NCBI GenBank assembly: GCA_902559355.1
Contig: CACEHM010000001.1
Span: 145,829 to 209,828 of the forward strand
DNA: 64,000 nt
Origin: an uncultured Gammaproteobacteria bacterium
GTDB taxonomy: Bacteria > Pseudomonadota > Gammaproteobacteria > GCA-002705445 > GCA-002716945
Direction: 5' to 3'
In this document: one piece after another, positions 35,530 to 47,761 of the stretch
How the letters are laid out: each line of letters begins with the position of its first letter
Numbering within the stretch: the stretch's first letter is position 1
Notes under the pieces: model-generated
Seen by the model: only the letters and a program-made list of their open reading frames with translations
Databases searched by the model: none
Told to the model about the DNA's origin: nothing
Position numbers and translations under genes: made by a program

Positions 35530-35684
35530 TGAGAGAAAAAATCAAACTAGTATCATCTGCTGGCACAGGCCATTTTTATACCACAACTAAAAATAAGAAA
35601 ACTATGCCTGATAAGATGGAAATTAAAAAATTTGATCCTGTTATTAGAAAGTACGTTACTTATACAGAAAAGAAAATTAAATAA
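35529..35684 (+). CDS. rpmG: 50S ribosomal protein L33 (not in the ORF track)
   Basis: Manual translation [51 protein letters not shown]. Confidence 0.97.
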   Translation: MREKIKLVSSAGTGHFYTTTKNKKTMPDKMEIKKFDPVIRKYVTYTEKKIK

Positions 35685-36828
35685 CTTTATAACTTCTAAG
35701 TCTTATCAGAAAGTCATCCAAAGCCGTTATACCATGGCTTTTAGCTTCACTAGACCAACTGTTTAATGTTTCAATAAACTTTTCATGCTTAGTTTGTCTA
35801 GAGTGTAATATTTCATGAAGTTTATTTTTGAGTTTGTAAATTGTATTAAGTGTAGAGTCATCTTTAAGTAATGCATTTAGCTTATTCTCTTGACTTTCAT
35901 TTAACCTTTGTGGATGATCTGCAAGTAATTTAAATGAAAGTTTAAATCTCTCTTCTTGATAAGCTGGTTTGAGCACTCTTTGTGTAAAATCTGTAATTAC
36001 AGCTAGTTTGGATTGTAATAAAGACTGCGTAATAGTTTTAGCATCTGTATTTTCTTTTTCTTGAATTACTGGTTTTGGAGCAACTCTTTTAACTTTACAT
36101 AAGCCAAAGATCCCAAATATTTTAATGTACATCCATCCTATATCAAATTCCCATGGTCTTAATGAAAATTTTGCTGCTGTTGGATATGCATGATGATTGT
36201 TATGCAGTTCTTCACCTCCAATAATAATTCCTATTGGTGACATATTTGTTGAATCATCATTAGTATTATAATTTCGATAACCCCAATAGTGTCCTGCACC
36301 GTTTATACCGCCTGCTGCAAATATTGGAGTCCACATCATTTGTATAGCCCAAATTATTATTCCAACTGTTCCGAATAATGCGATGTTAATAATAAATAGT
36401 AATAATATGCCTAAATTATTTCTGCCAGTATAAATCTTTTCCTCTACCCAATCTGTAGGACAGTTCTGAGAATATTTTTCTATAGTTTCTTTATTATTTT
36501 TCTCTTTGTGGTAGAGATCTGCTCCTTGAAGAATTACCTTATTGATACCATAGAATGTTGGACTATGCGGATCGTCTTCAGTTTCAACTTTTGCATGATG
36601 CTTTCTGTGTATTGCAACCCAATCAGCTGTTCTCATGGATGTAGTCAACCACAACCAGAATCTAAAGAAATGCGAGAGAATAGGATGAATCTCTATAGCT
36701 GAGTGGCAAACCCCTCTATGAAGATAGAGTGTTATTGCTACAATTGTTATATGAGTAACCACCAATGTATATATGGCATATTCTATAAAGCTGAGTGGTA
36801 TAAGTCCGTTTATGAATGTATCGAGCAT
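35677..36828 (-). CDS. delta-9 fatty acid desaturase (DesA-like) with helical C-terminal tail
   Basis: His boxes HRGVCH, HRKHH, HNNHH; WEFDIGW. Confidence 0.92.
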   Translation of the reverse strand: MLDTFINGLIPLSFIEYAIYTLVVTHITIVAITLYLHRGVCHSAIEIHPILSHFFRFWLWLTTSMRTADWVAIHRKHHAKVETEDDPHSPTFYGINKVILQGADLYHKEKNNKETIEKYSQNCPTDWVEEKIYTGRNNLGILLLFIINIALFGTVGIIIWAIQMMWTPIFAAGGINGAGHYWGYRNYNTNDDSTNMSPIGIIIGGEELHNNHHAYPTAAKFSLRPWEFDIGWMYIKIFGIFGLCKVKRVAPKPVIQEKENTDAKTITQSLLQSKLAVITDFTQRVLKPAYQEERFKLSFKLLADHPQRLNESQENKLNALLKDDSTLNTIYKLKNKLHEILHSRQTKHEKFIETLNSWSSEAKSHGITALDDFLIRLRSYKVI

Positions 36829-36883
36829 ATTAGTTTCCAGTAGGTTATTATCTTAACAAGAAAATACATTATGTCCAATTATT

Positions 36884-37702
36884 ATGCCTGAATTACCTGA
36901 AGTTGAAACAATTATGACCCTTGTTAAGTGTAGGGTTGAAAATAAAAAAATTAAAAAAACTAAGGTAATAAATCCAAAACTTAGATGGCCCATAGAGACT
37001 AGAAAAGTTAAACACTTAGAGGGCAAAACTATTAAAAGTGTATCAAGAAGAGGCAAATATCTGATATTTAAATTTAAGTCACAAAAAGAAATATTAATAA
37101 TTCATTTAGGCATGACGGGGATTATCTCGTTCAAAAAGATAGAGGATTATGAAAAACATAAACATGATCATTTATTAATATACTTTAATGATTTTGTTTT
37201 TATATTTAATGATGTTAGGAAATTTGGATCCATACATATATCTAATGACTTAAATAACATGTTTTTGATAAAAAATTTAGGCGTAGAGCCTTTATCTTTT
37301 GATTTTAATACAGAATACTTATATCAATTATCAAAAAAAAGATCTTGTACAATCAAAGAATTTATAATGAATCAAAAAATAGTAGTTGGAGTAGGGAACA
37401 TTTATGCAGCAGAGGCACTATTTTTATCCAAGATTCATCCTGCTATGAGAACAAATAAATTGACACTTATAAAGTGTAAAAAATTAGTTAGTAGTATAAA
37501 AAATATTTTATCAAAAGCAATTAAAATGGGCGGAACAACTATTAAAGATTATGTTAATGCTGAGGGGAAACCTGGATACTTTACACAAGAATTACTGATA
37601 TACCAGAAAGATAAATGTCCCATTCATAAAAATAATAAAGTAACTAACATTAAAATATCTGGTAGGGCATCTTATTTTTGTGATAAGTGTCAGATTAAAT
37701 AA
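36884..37702 (+). CDS. mutM: formamidopyrimidine-DNA glycosylase
   Basis: MPELPEVET, RRGKY, HLGMTG, GVGNIY, C-terminal zinc finger. Confidence 0.96.
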   Translation: MPELPEVETIMTLVKCRVENKKIKKTKVINPKLRWPIETRKVKHLEGKTIKSVSRRGKYLIFKFKSQKEILIIHLGMTGIISFKKIEDYEKHKHDHLLIYFNDFVFIFNDVRKFGSIHISNDLNNMFLIKNLGVEPLSFDFNTEYLYQLSKKRSCTIKEFIMNQKIVVGVGNIYAAEALFLSKIHPAMRTNKLTLIKCKKLVSSIKNILSKAIKMGGTTIKDYVNAEGKPGYFTQELLIYQKDKCPIHKNNKVTNIKISGRASYFCDKCQIK

Positions 37703-39046
37703 TTACGAACCAATATCACTTCTGAAAAATACTAAGGAATTATCTTCATTTTTCAAATCTGAATCAGTATAAGCCTTAATTTTAGATATACTCTCATATG
37801 CTGTATCAATAGCACTTTGTTTGTCCTCTCCAAACGTATTAACAGAAAGTATCCTTCCACCCGTAACTTTTATCGAACCATTATTGATCTGTGTTCCAGC
37901 ATGAAATACTTTAACAAATTCATTTTCCTCTAAGTGAGATAAATCAATATAAAATTCCTTTATTAGTTTTTCTGGGTAACCTGTAGCTGCTAGAACTATA
38001 GTACAACAATAACCTGAATATTTTTTATTATCTATAAATGATAAGTTGAAGTTATCAGGATATTGTGAGTTGTCAAATCCTATAAGGTCAAGGAAATCAA
38101 CTTCGTTTTTATCAAGATACATAAGGATATTTTGTGTTTCTGGATCACCCATTCTACAGTTATATTCAAGTAGATATGGTTTATCATCATGAGTTGATAT
38201 CATTAATCCTAGATACATGAAACCATTATATCTACTAGAAGACCCTGATCCATTATTGATAGCAACTATAGTCTTTATAAGTATTTTCTCTATTTCAACA
38301 TTTAAAGAGTAGATATCATTTTTTTTATATGCGCAAAAGGGGTGAGTGACTGCACCCATTCCACCTGTATTAGGGCCTGAATTATATTCATCCCTTGATT
38401 TGTAATCTTTTATCCAAGTTAGTCCAATATTTTTTTTATTAGCATTAGGATTACAAATATATATGGCTGAGAGCTCTATACCTTTTATAAAGTCTTCAAT
38501 TATTATTTTTTCTTCTGGTTTAAGTAAGTTATCAATAGAATTTTTTGCAGCATCAATCGTTTCACAAATATCAACACCTTTTCCAGCTGCAAGACCATCA
38601 TATTTAATTACAATTGGCATTTTTTTATCATTTAAATAATCTTTTGCTTTTTTAGAATCATTAAATTCCTTATAGCTTGCTGTAGGGAGATTATTAGAAT
38701 CCATAAAATTCTTTGAAAATACTTTTGATCCTTCTAATTGTGCAAAATATTTTTTAGGTCCAAAAATATTGAGATTATTTTCTTCAAATAAATCACTTAT
38801 GCCTTCAACCAATGGCACTTCTGGTCCCACTATTGTTAAGTCAATATTATTCTCAAGAGCAAAATTCAATACAGCTTGATGGTTATTGATATCACACTCT
38901 ATGTTGAAGACATTTTTTTCAGATAATGTCCCTGCATTACCAGGCATAACAAATATTTTTTCAATTTCTCTTTTAGACTTAGAAATTATCCATGATATTG
39001 AATGTTCTCTTCCACCAGATCCTAATATTAAAATCTTTAGTCCCAT
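37703..39046 (-). CDS. purD: phosphoribosylamine-glycine ligase
   Basis: GSGGREH, VGPEVPL, LEGSK, DGLAAGKGV, GPNTGGMG, EYNCRMGDPETQ. Confidence 0.95.
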   Translation of the reverse strand: MGLKILILGSGGREHSISWIISKSKREIEKIFVMPGNAGTLSEKNVFNIECDINNHQAVLNFALENNIDLTIVGPEVPLVEGISDLFEENNLNIFGPKKYFAQLEGSKVFSKNFMDSNNLPTASYKEFNDSKKAKDYLNDKKMPIVIKYDGLAAGKGVDICETIDAAKNSIDNLLKPEEKIIIEDFIKGIELSAIYICNPNANKKNIGLTWIKDYKSRDEYNSGPNTGGMGAVTHPFCAYKKNDIYSLNVEIEKILIKTIVAINNGSGSSSRYNGFMYLGLMISTHDDKPYLLEYNCRMGDPETQNILMYLDKNEVDFLDLIGFDNSQYPDNFNLSFIDNKKYSGYCCTIVLAATGYPEKLIKEFYIDLSHLEENEFVKVFHAGTQINNGSIKVTGGRILSVNTFGEDKQSAIDTAYESISKIKAYTDSDLKNEDNSLVFFRSDIGS

Positions 39047-39047
39047 A

Positions 39048-40595
39048 TCAGTGTTTAAACACTCTTGTATGAGAAAAGCACATAGACAATTTATGTTGAT
39101 TAGCTACTTTAATTATTTTTTCATCATTAATGGAGCCACCTGGTTGAATAATTGCTGATACACCTAACTTTTTTGCGAGGTCAACATTATCTCTAAAAGG
39201 GAAAAAAGCTTCAGATGCCATTACAGAACCTTCTAAAGATATTTTTTCTTTCTTAGCTTTATTATGAGCAATATTTGTTGAATCAATTCTACTCATCTGA
39301 CCCGCGCCTATGCCTAGTGTCCTATTATTTTTTACTATAACTATAGAATTTGATTTTACATATCTAGATATTTTAAAAGCAAATATCATATCCTCAATTT
39401 GTTTAACAGTAGGTTTTTTTGTGGTTACTGTAGTAAGATCTTTTGGTGTAATATATTTATTATCTTTTTCTTGTACAAGCAGCTTATCTCTTAAAAGTTT
39501 TGTTTCATAAAAAACATCTTTCTTTTTCTTAAGTTTAATTTTGAGGAGCCTAACATTAGGTTTCTTCTGTATGACATCCATTGTCTCTTTATCGAATCCT
39601 GGAGCAGCAATTACTTCAACAAATTGTTTTTCTAATATTTTGGAAATAAGTTGATGATTAACTTTTTTATTAAAAGTTATTATACCTCCAAAAGCTGAAG
39701 TTGGATCAGTTTTATAAGCATTATTGTATGAACCCTCAAGTGAATTTGATGATGCTACTCCGCATGGGTTTGCATGTTTTACTATTACACATGATGGCAT
39801 ATCAAATTGCTCTACACATGAGAATGCGCTCTCAGTATCAACAAGATTATTAAACGATAGAGCTTTGCCAGATAATTGTGTGTATTCAAATTTTGTGAGA
39901 TGAGGATTTGTAATCTCGTATAATTTAGCTTTTTGATGAGGGTTTTCTCCATATCGAAGTTTAGATAATTCTTTAGCTTCTATCGATATGTTTTCATCCA
40001 ATAAACCATTATTCTTCTCTGTAAATTTACTCAGATAGCTTGCAATTATGGAGTCATATTTTGAAACTAGAGAGTAAACTTTAGTAGCTAATCTCAATCT
40101 TGTTTTGGGCTGAACATTACCTTTATTTTCTATTTCGTCTAAAACTTGATCATAATCTAATGGGTCTGTAAGAACCGTAACTCTATGATGATTTTTTGCG
40201 GATGCTCTCAATAATGTAGGACCGCCAATATCAATATTTTCGATGGCTAAATTAAATGAGCAGGTTTTTTTAGCAATTGTTTTTTCAAAAGGATATAAAT
40301 TAACAACAACCATATCAATTAGTGAATATTTTTTATTTTTAAGCTTATCAAGATCTTTTTTTGATTTAGCTAATATTCCTGCATGAATAATAGGATGTAA
40401 TGTCTTTACTCTGCCGCCAAGGATTTCCTCAAATTTTGTAAATTTAGATATAGGTATTATTTTTATACCCTTTTCTTGTAGATAATTGGCTGTACCCCCT
40501 GTTGATATAATTGTGTAGCCATTTTCAACTAGTTTGGATGCTAATAAATCTATGTTTGTCTTGTCGGATACACTGATAAGAGCTATTTTGTTCAT
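39048..40595 (-). CDS. purH: bifunctional AICAR transformylase / IMP cyclohydrolase
   Basis: ALISVSDKT, GRVKTLHP, IDIGGP, LRYGENPHQ, KHANPCG, GAGQMSR. Confidence 0.98.
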   Translation of the reverse strand: MNKIALISVSDKTNIDLLASKLVENGYTIISTGGTANYLQEKGIKIIPISKFTKFEEILGGRVKTLHPIIHAGILAKSKKDLDKLKNKKYSLIDMVVVNLYPFEKTIAKKTCSFNLAIENIDIGGPTLLRASAKNHHRVTVLTDPLDYDQVLDEIENKGNVQPKTRLRLATKVYSLVSKYDSIIASYLSKFTEKNNGLLDENISIEAKELSKLRYGENPHQKAKLYEITNPHLTKFEYTQLSGKALSFNNLVDTESAFSCVEQFDMPSCVIVKHANPCGVASSNSLEGSYNNAYKTDPTSAFGGIITFNKKVNHQLISKILEKQFVEVIAAPGFDKETMDVIQKKPNVRLLKIKLKKKKDVFYETKLLRDKLLVQEKDNKYITPKDLTTVTTKKPTVKQIEDMIFAFKISRYVKSNSIVIVKNNRTLGIGAGQMSRIDSTNIAHNKAKKEKISLEGSVMASEAFFPFRDNVDLAKKLGVSAIIQPGGSINDEKIIKVANQHKLSMCFSHTRVFKH

Positions 40596-40596
40596 C

Positions 40597-40860
40597 CTAT
40601 TTTATGTCATACTCTTTAATTCTTTTGATTAGTGTACCTCGGCTTATTCCAAGGAAGTCAGCAGACTTTGTTACATTTCCTTTGCATAACTCAAGAACGG
40701 TATCTATTAAAGTTCTTTCGGTATCATTTAAAAAAAGACTATGCATATTCGAAGTGCTTACATTACCATTCATATTTTTTATAAATAATTTAGCTTCTTT
40801 TTTTACAACTGTACTCAGGCTACTATTGGATAAATTTTTTGTGACTCTTTTTTTCTTCAT
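40597..40860 (-). CDS. fis: Fis family nucleoid protein (divergent)
   Basis: GNVTKSADFLGISRGTL HTH; upstream of purH-purD. Confidence 0.8.
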   Translation of the reverse strand: MKKKRVTKNLSNSSLSTVVKKEAKLFIKNMNGNVSTSNMHSLFLNDTERTLIDTVLELCKGNVTKSADFLGISRGTLIKRIKEYDIK

Positions 40861-40945
40861 ATTCTATTTAAATAAAAATGATTACCCCGAATAGAATATA
40901 TATTACAATCAATAGTACTTTTGATAAAGGTCAAATAACTAAAAA

Positions 40946-42292
40946 TTACTTATTTTTAATGTACTTTGTAAGCGTATTTATGGAGTAATTACCAGATGAA
41001 AAGAAATCTGTTCTTAGTAAATTTTTATGTAAATCGATATTTGTTTTAACACCTTGAACTACAGTTTCACTCAATGCTTGATACATTTTTTCAATCGCGA
41101 GCTCTCTAGTCTTATCATATGTGATTAACTTCGCTAAAAGAGAGTCATAATATGGAGGTACTGAATAGCCACTGTAAACATGAGTATCTATTCTAACGCC
41201 TGGCCCTCCTGGAGCGTGAAAAGCTTCAATTTTACCCGGAGATGGAATAAATGTTTCAGGATCCTCAGCATTTATTCGACATTCAATAGCATGTCCCTTA
41301 AGGGTAATATCTTTTTGTTCCATGCTTAAGCTTTCGCCTGATGCGACTCTTATTTGCTCAGCAATCAAATCTGTATTAGTCACTAGTTCAGTTACAGGGT
41401 GTTCAACCTGTATTCTTGTATTCATCTCAATGAAGCTAAAATGACCATCTTGATATAAAAATTCAAATGTACCTGCACCTGTATAACCTAGTTTTATACA
41501 TGCATCAGCACATACAGCTCCAATTTTATCAATTTCGCTCCGTGAAATTCCACATGCCTGTGTTTCTTCTATAACTTTTTGATTCCTTCTTTGCATAGAG
41601 CAATCTCTTTCACCAAAATGAACTGCATTGCCATGTTCATCGCTCATGATTTGTATTTCAATATGTCTAGGATTATCAAAATATTTTTCAAAGTATAAGT
41701 CTCCATTACCAAAAGCATTTTTAGCTTCTGTTCGCACAATATTCATACTACTAGCAAGGTCAGATTCTTTTTCAACGACCATCATGCCTCTACCACCACC
41801 ACCATGAATTGCTTTTAACATTATCGGATAACCAATTTCATTAACTTTTTTAAGCATTGCTTTATCAGGCTGCTCAGGAAGAACTCCATCAAAACCTGGA
41901 ATGCATGGAACACCAAAGTCTTTCATTGCATTCTTAGCTTTAATTTTATCCCCCATCTTATTTAACACTTTACTTGATGGCCCTATAAACTTAAATTTAT
42001 TGGTTTCAATAATTTCTGCAAACATTTCAGATTCAGATAAAAATCCATAGCCTGGATGAATAGCGTCAGAATTAGTTAGTTCAGCTGCACTTATAATAGA
42101 TGGCATATTGAGGTAGCTTTCTCGTGGATTAGGGCCGCCAATACATACAGATTCGTCTGCAAGTTTTACATGAGCTAACTGTCTATCCGCTGTTGAATGA
42201 ACTGCTACTGTTTTAATACCAAGCTTCTTACATGCCCTAAGTACTCTTAGAGCTATTTCACCCCTATTTGCAATCAATACTTTATTGATCAT
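40946..42292 (-). CDS. accC: acetyl-CoA carboxylase biotin carboxylase
   Basis: [36 protein letters not shown]. Confidence 0.97.
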   Translation of the reverse strand: MINKVLIANRGEIALRVLRACKKLGIKTVAVHSTADRQLAHVKLADESVCIGGPNPRESYLNMPSIISAAELTNSDAIHPGYGFLSESEMFAEIIETNKFKFIGPSSKVLNKMGDKIKAKNAMKDFGVPCIPGFDGVLPEQPDKAMLKKVNEIGYPIMLKAIHGGGGRGMMVVEKESDLASSMNIVRTEAKNAFGNGDLYFEKYFDNPRHIEIQIMSDEHGNAVHFGERDCSMQRRNQKVIEETQACGISRSEIDKIGAVCADACIKLGYTGAGTFEFLYQDGHFSFIEMNTRIQVEHPVTELVTNTDLIAEQIRVASGESLSMEQKDITLKGHAIECRINAEDPETFIPSPGKIEAFHAPGGPGVRIDTHVYSGYSVPPYYDSLLAKLITYDKTRELAIEKMYQALSETVVQGVKTNIDLHKNLLRTDFFSSGNYSINTLTKYIKNK

Positions 42293-42747
42293 TCGATTAC
42301 AAACAAAGGTTGATCAAATTCTACTGGTTCTGCATTATCAACTAGTATTTCCAATATTTTACCATCTGACTCAGCTTGAACTTGATTCATCATTTTCATT
42401 GCTTCTAGAATACATAAAGTATCACCTTTCTTGACAGATTGGCCTTCAGTTACAAATGGCTTAGATTCCGGTGACGCTGATGCATAAAATGTTCCTACCA
42501 TAGGTGAGTTTACAGTATTACGATTTTTATTTGCTGAGTCATCTGACTTGTCTTCTACTTGCGGGGTTATTTGAGCTGGCTGTTGCTGAGGCATCATAGG
42601 TTGTTGCATCATCTGTTGAACTGGAGCAACAGGACTCCCAATATTTCTAGAGAGCTTAATAGACTCTTCACCTTCTTTAACTTCTATTTCAGCAATACCA
42701 CTTTCTTCTAGAAGCTCCATCAATTTCTTAATTTTTCTTAGATCCAT
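42289..42747 (-). CDS. accB: biotin carboxyl carrier protein
   Basis: [24 protein letters not shown]. Confidence 0.97.
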   Translation of the reverse strand: MDLRKIKKLMELLEESGIAEIEVKEGEESIKLSRNIGSPVAPVQQMMQQPMMPQQQPAQITPQVEDKSDDSANKNRNTVNSPMVGTFYASASPESKPFVTEGQSVKKGDTLCILEAMKMMNQVQAESDGKILEILVDNAEPVEFDQPLFVIE

Positions 42748-42749
42748 AT

Positions 42750-43181
42750 TTAACCCCTTTGTAATATTGATAATAATGCAAATTCATAACCAGCTACACC
42801 CAAGCCAGTAATAAGTCCTTTACTTATATCGGATAAGTATGATTTTTTACGAAATTCTTCTCTGCTGTAAATATTGGAAATATGTACTTCTATAAAAGGT
42901 ATCCCAACTCCTAGAAACGCATCTCTAAGCGCAATGCTTGTATGAGTGAAAGCACCCGGATTTATTATAATATAATCAACAAGATCTTTTTTCGCCTCAT
43001 GCAACCTGTCAATAAGTTCATTTTCAGAATTAGATTGATAAAACTCTATAGATACCGATTTTCTTGATGCTATTGATTGTAGGTTTTTTTGAATATCTTC
43101 TAGTGTATCAGTACCGTAAACTTCAGGTTCTCTAGTACCAAGTAGGTTTAAATTAGGTCCATTAAGTACTAGTATTTTCAT
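42750..43181 (-). CDS. aroQ: type II 3-dehydroquinate dehydratase
   Basis: [34 protein letters not shown]. Confidence 0.97.
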   Translation of the reverse strand: MKILVLNGPNLNLLGTREPEVYGTDTLEDIQKNLQSIASRKSVSIEFYQSNSENELIDRLHEAKKDLVDYIIINPGAFTHTSIALRDAFLGVGIPFIEVHISNIYSREEFRKKSYLSDISKGLITGLGVAGYEFALLSILQRG

Positions 43182-43247
43182 TTTTAGAAGTATTTAGTTG
43201 ATTTTAGCTGATTTTATATGATGTTTGATGAAAATAGAAGTTTTATT

Positions 43248-44999
43248 TTACTTTTCTACTAATTTCAAAACTTTTAAGAAATCTGTACTTTCCATGAAGC
43301 CAACAACTCTTGCTTCTGCGACTTCTTCACCATTGAGGTCATAAAAAAATAGTGCCGGAGGCCCAAAAATACGCATGGACTGTAAATACTTAGAATGATC
43401 CTCATTGGTTCTGGTAATATCAAATTTTATAAGTTTGAATTGGTTTAGAATTGCACTAACTTTTGGATCACTAAAAGTATATTTTTCTAATTCTTTACAA
43501 GCTACACACCAATCAGCATATAAATCTATCATGACAGGTCTATTAGAATTATTTATTTCTGTTTTTAAATCTTTAGTTGTTTCAACTGTTATAAATTCAA
43601 CAAATCTCTCTTTTTCGACAAAGCTACTAATTGGGTCATAGTAAGAATTTGAATGAATACCATTTACTTGTAGGCCAAAATAAACCAAGAGGAAAAATGA
43701 ACTTATAAAAACGATTGAGGTAGATATTGCATTCTTAATTATGCTTAATGACTTGATAAATATAGAAATTAAAATTAGTGAGGATAGGGCCCATAGGTAA
43801 GCAGCTACTTCTATTGATAGTATTCTTTCGAGTAACCAAATTGATACAACTAAGAATAGAATGCCAAAAAAATAATTTACCAGTTGTAAATAGGGACCAA
43901 TCTTTGAAATTAACTTTGTAGTCGTTGAACCTAATAAAATAAGAGGCGCTCCCATACCTATGCCAAGCGAGAACAAAGCAATTCCCCCAACTATAACATC
44001 TCCTGTACTAGCAATATAGATTAATGCACCAATTAATGGTGCAGTTACACATGGTCCAACTATCAGTGCAGATAGAACACCCATTACAGCCACATCTCCA
44101 TAGCTTCCAGATTTTTGTTTATTACTTAGTTGGGTCATAACTGTTTGAATAGATTTTGGCATCTGTATATCAAAAAACTTAAACATTGCTAGAGCAAATA
44201 GAAAAAATAATAAAGATATAGATCCAATTACATATGGATTTTGAAGACTTGCTTGTATATTGGTTCCTGATACAGCAACAATAATTCCTGCAACAGCATA
44301 GGTTAGGGACATGCTAAATACATAAATTATGGATAGAGTAAGTGATTTTTTTTGAGATACATTTCCTTGTCCAGCAATTATTCCAGTTAAAATAGGAACC
44401 ATAGGAAGAACACAAGGTGTAAATGCTAGCAAAAGTCCAGCTAGAAAAAAAATTATAGAGTTGTAAATAATAGAGTTTGATAATAGAGAGTCGCTCATGG
44501 CATTCTGACTCTCAAACAAAGATGTTTTTCTAAAGCTATTTAATGAGGGCTTTTTTTTTACAGTTATGGTCTTAAAAACTGGCGGGTAACACAAACCAGC
44601 ATCTGCACATCCTTGGTACTTAACTTTGAGTTCTATTGAATCCTTAATATCATCCACAAAATAAACATCAGCTTCAGCTGAATAATAATAGACATCCACA
44701 TCTCCAAAAAATTCGTCCTGTTTCTTTTTACCTTCAGGCATTTCAACTTTTGAAATTTTATTTGTATCGAGCGATTCAAATTCAAACATACCCATATACA
44801 AATAGTATCCTGGATGAATTATCCAGTTAATTTTGGCATGATTTTGATCAACTATTTCATAATCTATTTTGAATGCTTCATCTGGTGATAGAAATTCTGC
44901 TTGGTTAACGGGCAATTCACTTCTAGCGTGATTTAACGTTAAAAGAGAACAACATACTACCAATAGGATAAAATATATTTGTTTTATAAATAGCTTCAT
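43248..44999 (-). CDS. dsbD: thiol:disulfide interchange protein DsbD
   Basis: QGCADAGLCYPP, FTPCVLPM, GPCVTAP, ADWCVACKE. Confidence 0.96.
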   Translation of the reverse strand: MKLFIKQIYFILLVVCCSLLTLNHARSELPVNQAEFLSPDEAFKIDYEIVDQNHAKINWIIHPGYYLYMGMFEFESLDTNKISKVEMPEGKKKQDEFFGDVDVYYYSAEADVYFVDDIKDSIELKVKYQGCADAGLCYPPVFKTITVKKKPSLNSFRKTSLFESQNAMSDSLLSNSIIYNSIIFFLAGLLLAFTPCVLPMVPILTGIIAGQGNVSQKKSLTLSIIYVFSMSLTYAVAGIIVAVSGTNIQASLQNPYVIGSISLLFFLFALAMFKFFDIQMPKSIQTVMTQLSNKQKSGSYGDVAVMGVLSALIVGPCVTAPLIGALIYIASTGDVIVGGIALFSLGIGMGAPLILLGSTTTKLISKIGPYLQLVNYFFGILFLVVSIWLLERILSIEVAAYLWALSSLILISIFIKSLSIIKNAISTSIVFISSFFLLVYFGLQVNGIHSNSYYDPISSFVEKERFVEFITVETTKDLKTEINNSNRPVMIDLYADWCVACKELEKYTFSDPKVSAILNQFKLIKFDITRTNEDHSKYLQSMRIFGPPALFFYDLNGEEVAEARVVGFMESTDFLKVLKLVEK

Positions 45000-45120
45000 T
45001 ATTTTTTTAAAGTATTCTTCTCATCTATTATTGTTAACGTTATTATTTCAGGGCTTTCAATGTTATGCAATTCTTCTATCATTTATATGCGCATTTACAC
45101 AGTTCTAATTAAAACACTAA
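44999..45120 (-). pseudogene. cutA: cutA remnant; a 27-aa mini-ORF at 44999-45082 is coupled to dsbD
   Basis: MIEELHNIESPEIITLTIID resembles the CutA C-terminus (ELHPYEVPEIIALPI); EEYF follows in a shifted frame and LIRT lies upstream; this is the usual cutA position before dsbD. Confidence 0.6.
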
Positions 45121-45173
45121 GATATAAATTATAGAAGTTTAGATAATCAAGCTTTATGACATATAATAGACAG

Positions 45174-45581
45174 ATGAAAATACCCGGATATATATTTCTA
45201 TTATTACCAATCATTGAACTAATTATATTTATTGAGGTAGGCTCTTTTATTGGTAGTTTCAATGTAATTATTTCAATAATATTTACTATATTCTTGGGCT
45301 ATTACTTAATCAAATCAAAAATAAAAAATATCACTTTTAGTATGATGAGTATTTCAAATATTCAAGATATGTACCAACAGTATGAATCAAGTATTTATTC
45401 TTTTTTAGCCGGCGTATTACTTATTGTTCCAGGCTATCTTACAGATTTAATTGGTTTAATATTATTATTGCCATTTTTGAGACCGCAACTGTCAAATTAT
45501 TTTAATTTCAAACACCAATCAGACCGATCTAATAGTAACAAGAGTAATATAATTGATGGCAATTATAGAGATGATGACTAG
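45174..45581 (+). CDS. fxsA: FxsA family membrane protein; probable start ATG at 45174
   Basis: LPIIELIIFIEVG, GVLLIVPGYLTDLIG, IIDGNY; upstream of groES. Confidence 0.9.
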   Translation: MKIPGYIFLLLPIIELIIFIEVGSFIGSFNVIISIIFTIFLGYYLIKSKIKNITFSMMSISNIQDMYQQYESSIYSFLAGVLLIVPGYLTDLIGLILLLPFLRPQLSNYFNFKHQSDRSNSNKSNIIDGNYRDDD

Positions 45582-45597
45582 ATTTTTCAGTTAAATC

Positions 45598-45623
45598 CTT
45601 GAAATTTTCACCAAAGTCCATAT
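45598..45623 (+). promoter_or_regulatory. sigma-32 promoter of groESL
   Basis: -35 CTTGAA (45598-45603) and -10 GTCCATAT (45616-45623). Confidence 0.75.
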
Positions 45624-45625
45624 CA

Positions 45626-45652
45626 TTAGCAGTCGAAGGGTTAGAGTGCTAA
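45626..45652. promoter_or_regulatory. CIRCE element (HrcA operator)
   Basis: TTAGCAGTC-N9-GAGTGCTAA, one mismatch to the consensus TTAGCACTC-N9-GAGTGCTAA. Confidence 0.88.
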
Positions 45653-45678
45653 CCATTAATTGAAAGCGAGGTAAATCA

Positions 45679-47660
<1,982 letters not shown>

Positions 47661-47685
47661 TCCCTTCCACTTACCAAAAATAATT

Positions 47686-47715
47686 CAAGGCCTCTTTTTA
47701 GAGGCCTTGTTTTTT
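47686..47715 (+). terminator. Rho-independent terminator of groESL
   Basis: CAAGGCCTCT-TTTT-AGAGGCCTTG followed by TTTTTT. Confidence 0.9.
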
Positions 47716-47761
47716 ATATTTAATAATTTAGAAATATATTCGATGTTACAATAAATATGTA

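Noticed and set aside
35677..36050. C-terminal tail of the desaturase, which resembles ISL3 transposase helical segments
   Set aside because: This is a known feature of proteobacterial DesA-like desaturases; no inverted repeats, target duplication or DDE domain are present.
37703..39046. PurD with insertions and KDYKS in place of QDHKR
   Set aside because: The Asp and Lys of that motif and all other catalytic motifs are retained; most likely lineage drift.
42550..42640. Gln/Met/Pro-rich low-complexity stretch in accB
   Set aside because: It corresponds to the variable BCCP linker.
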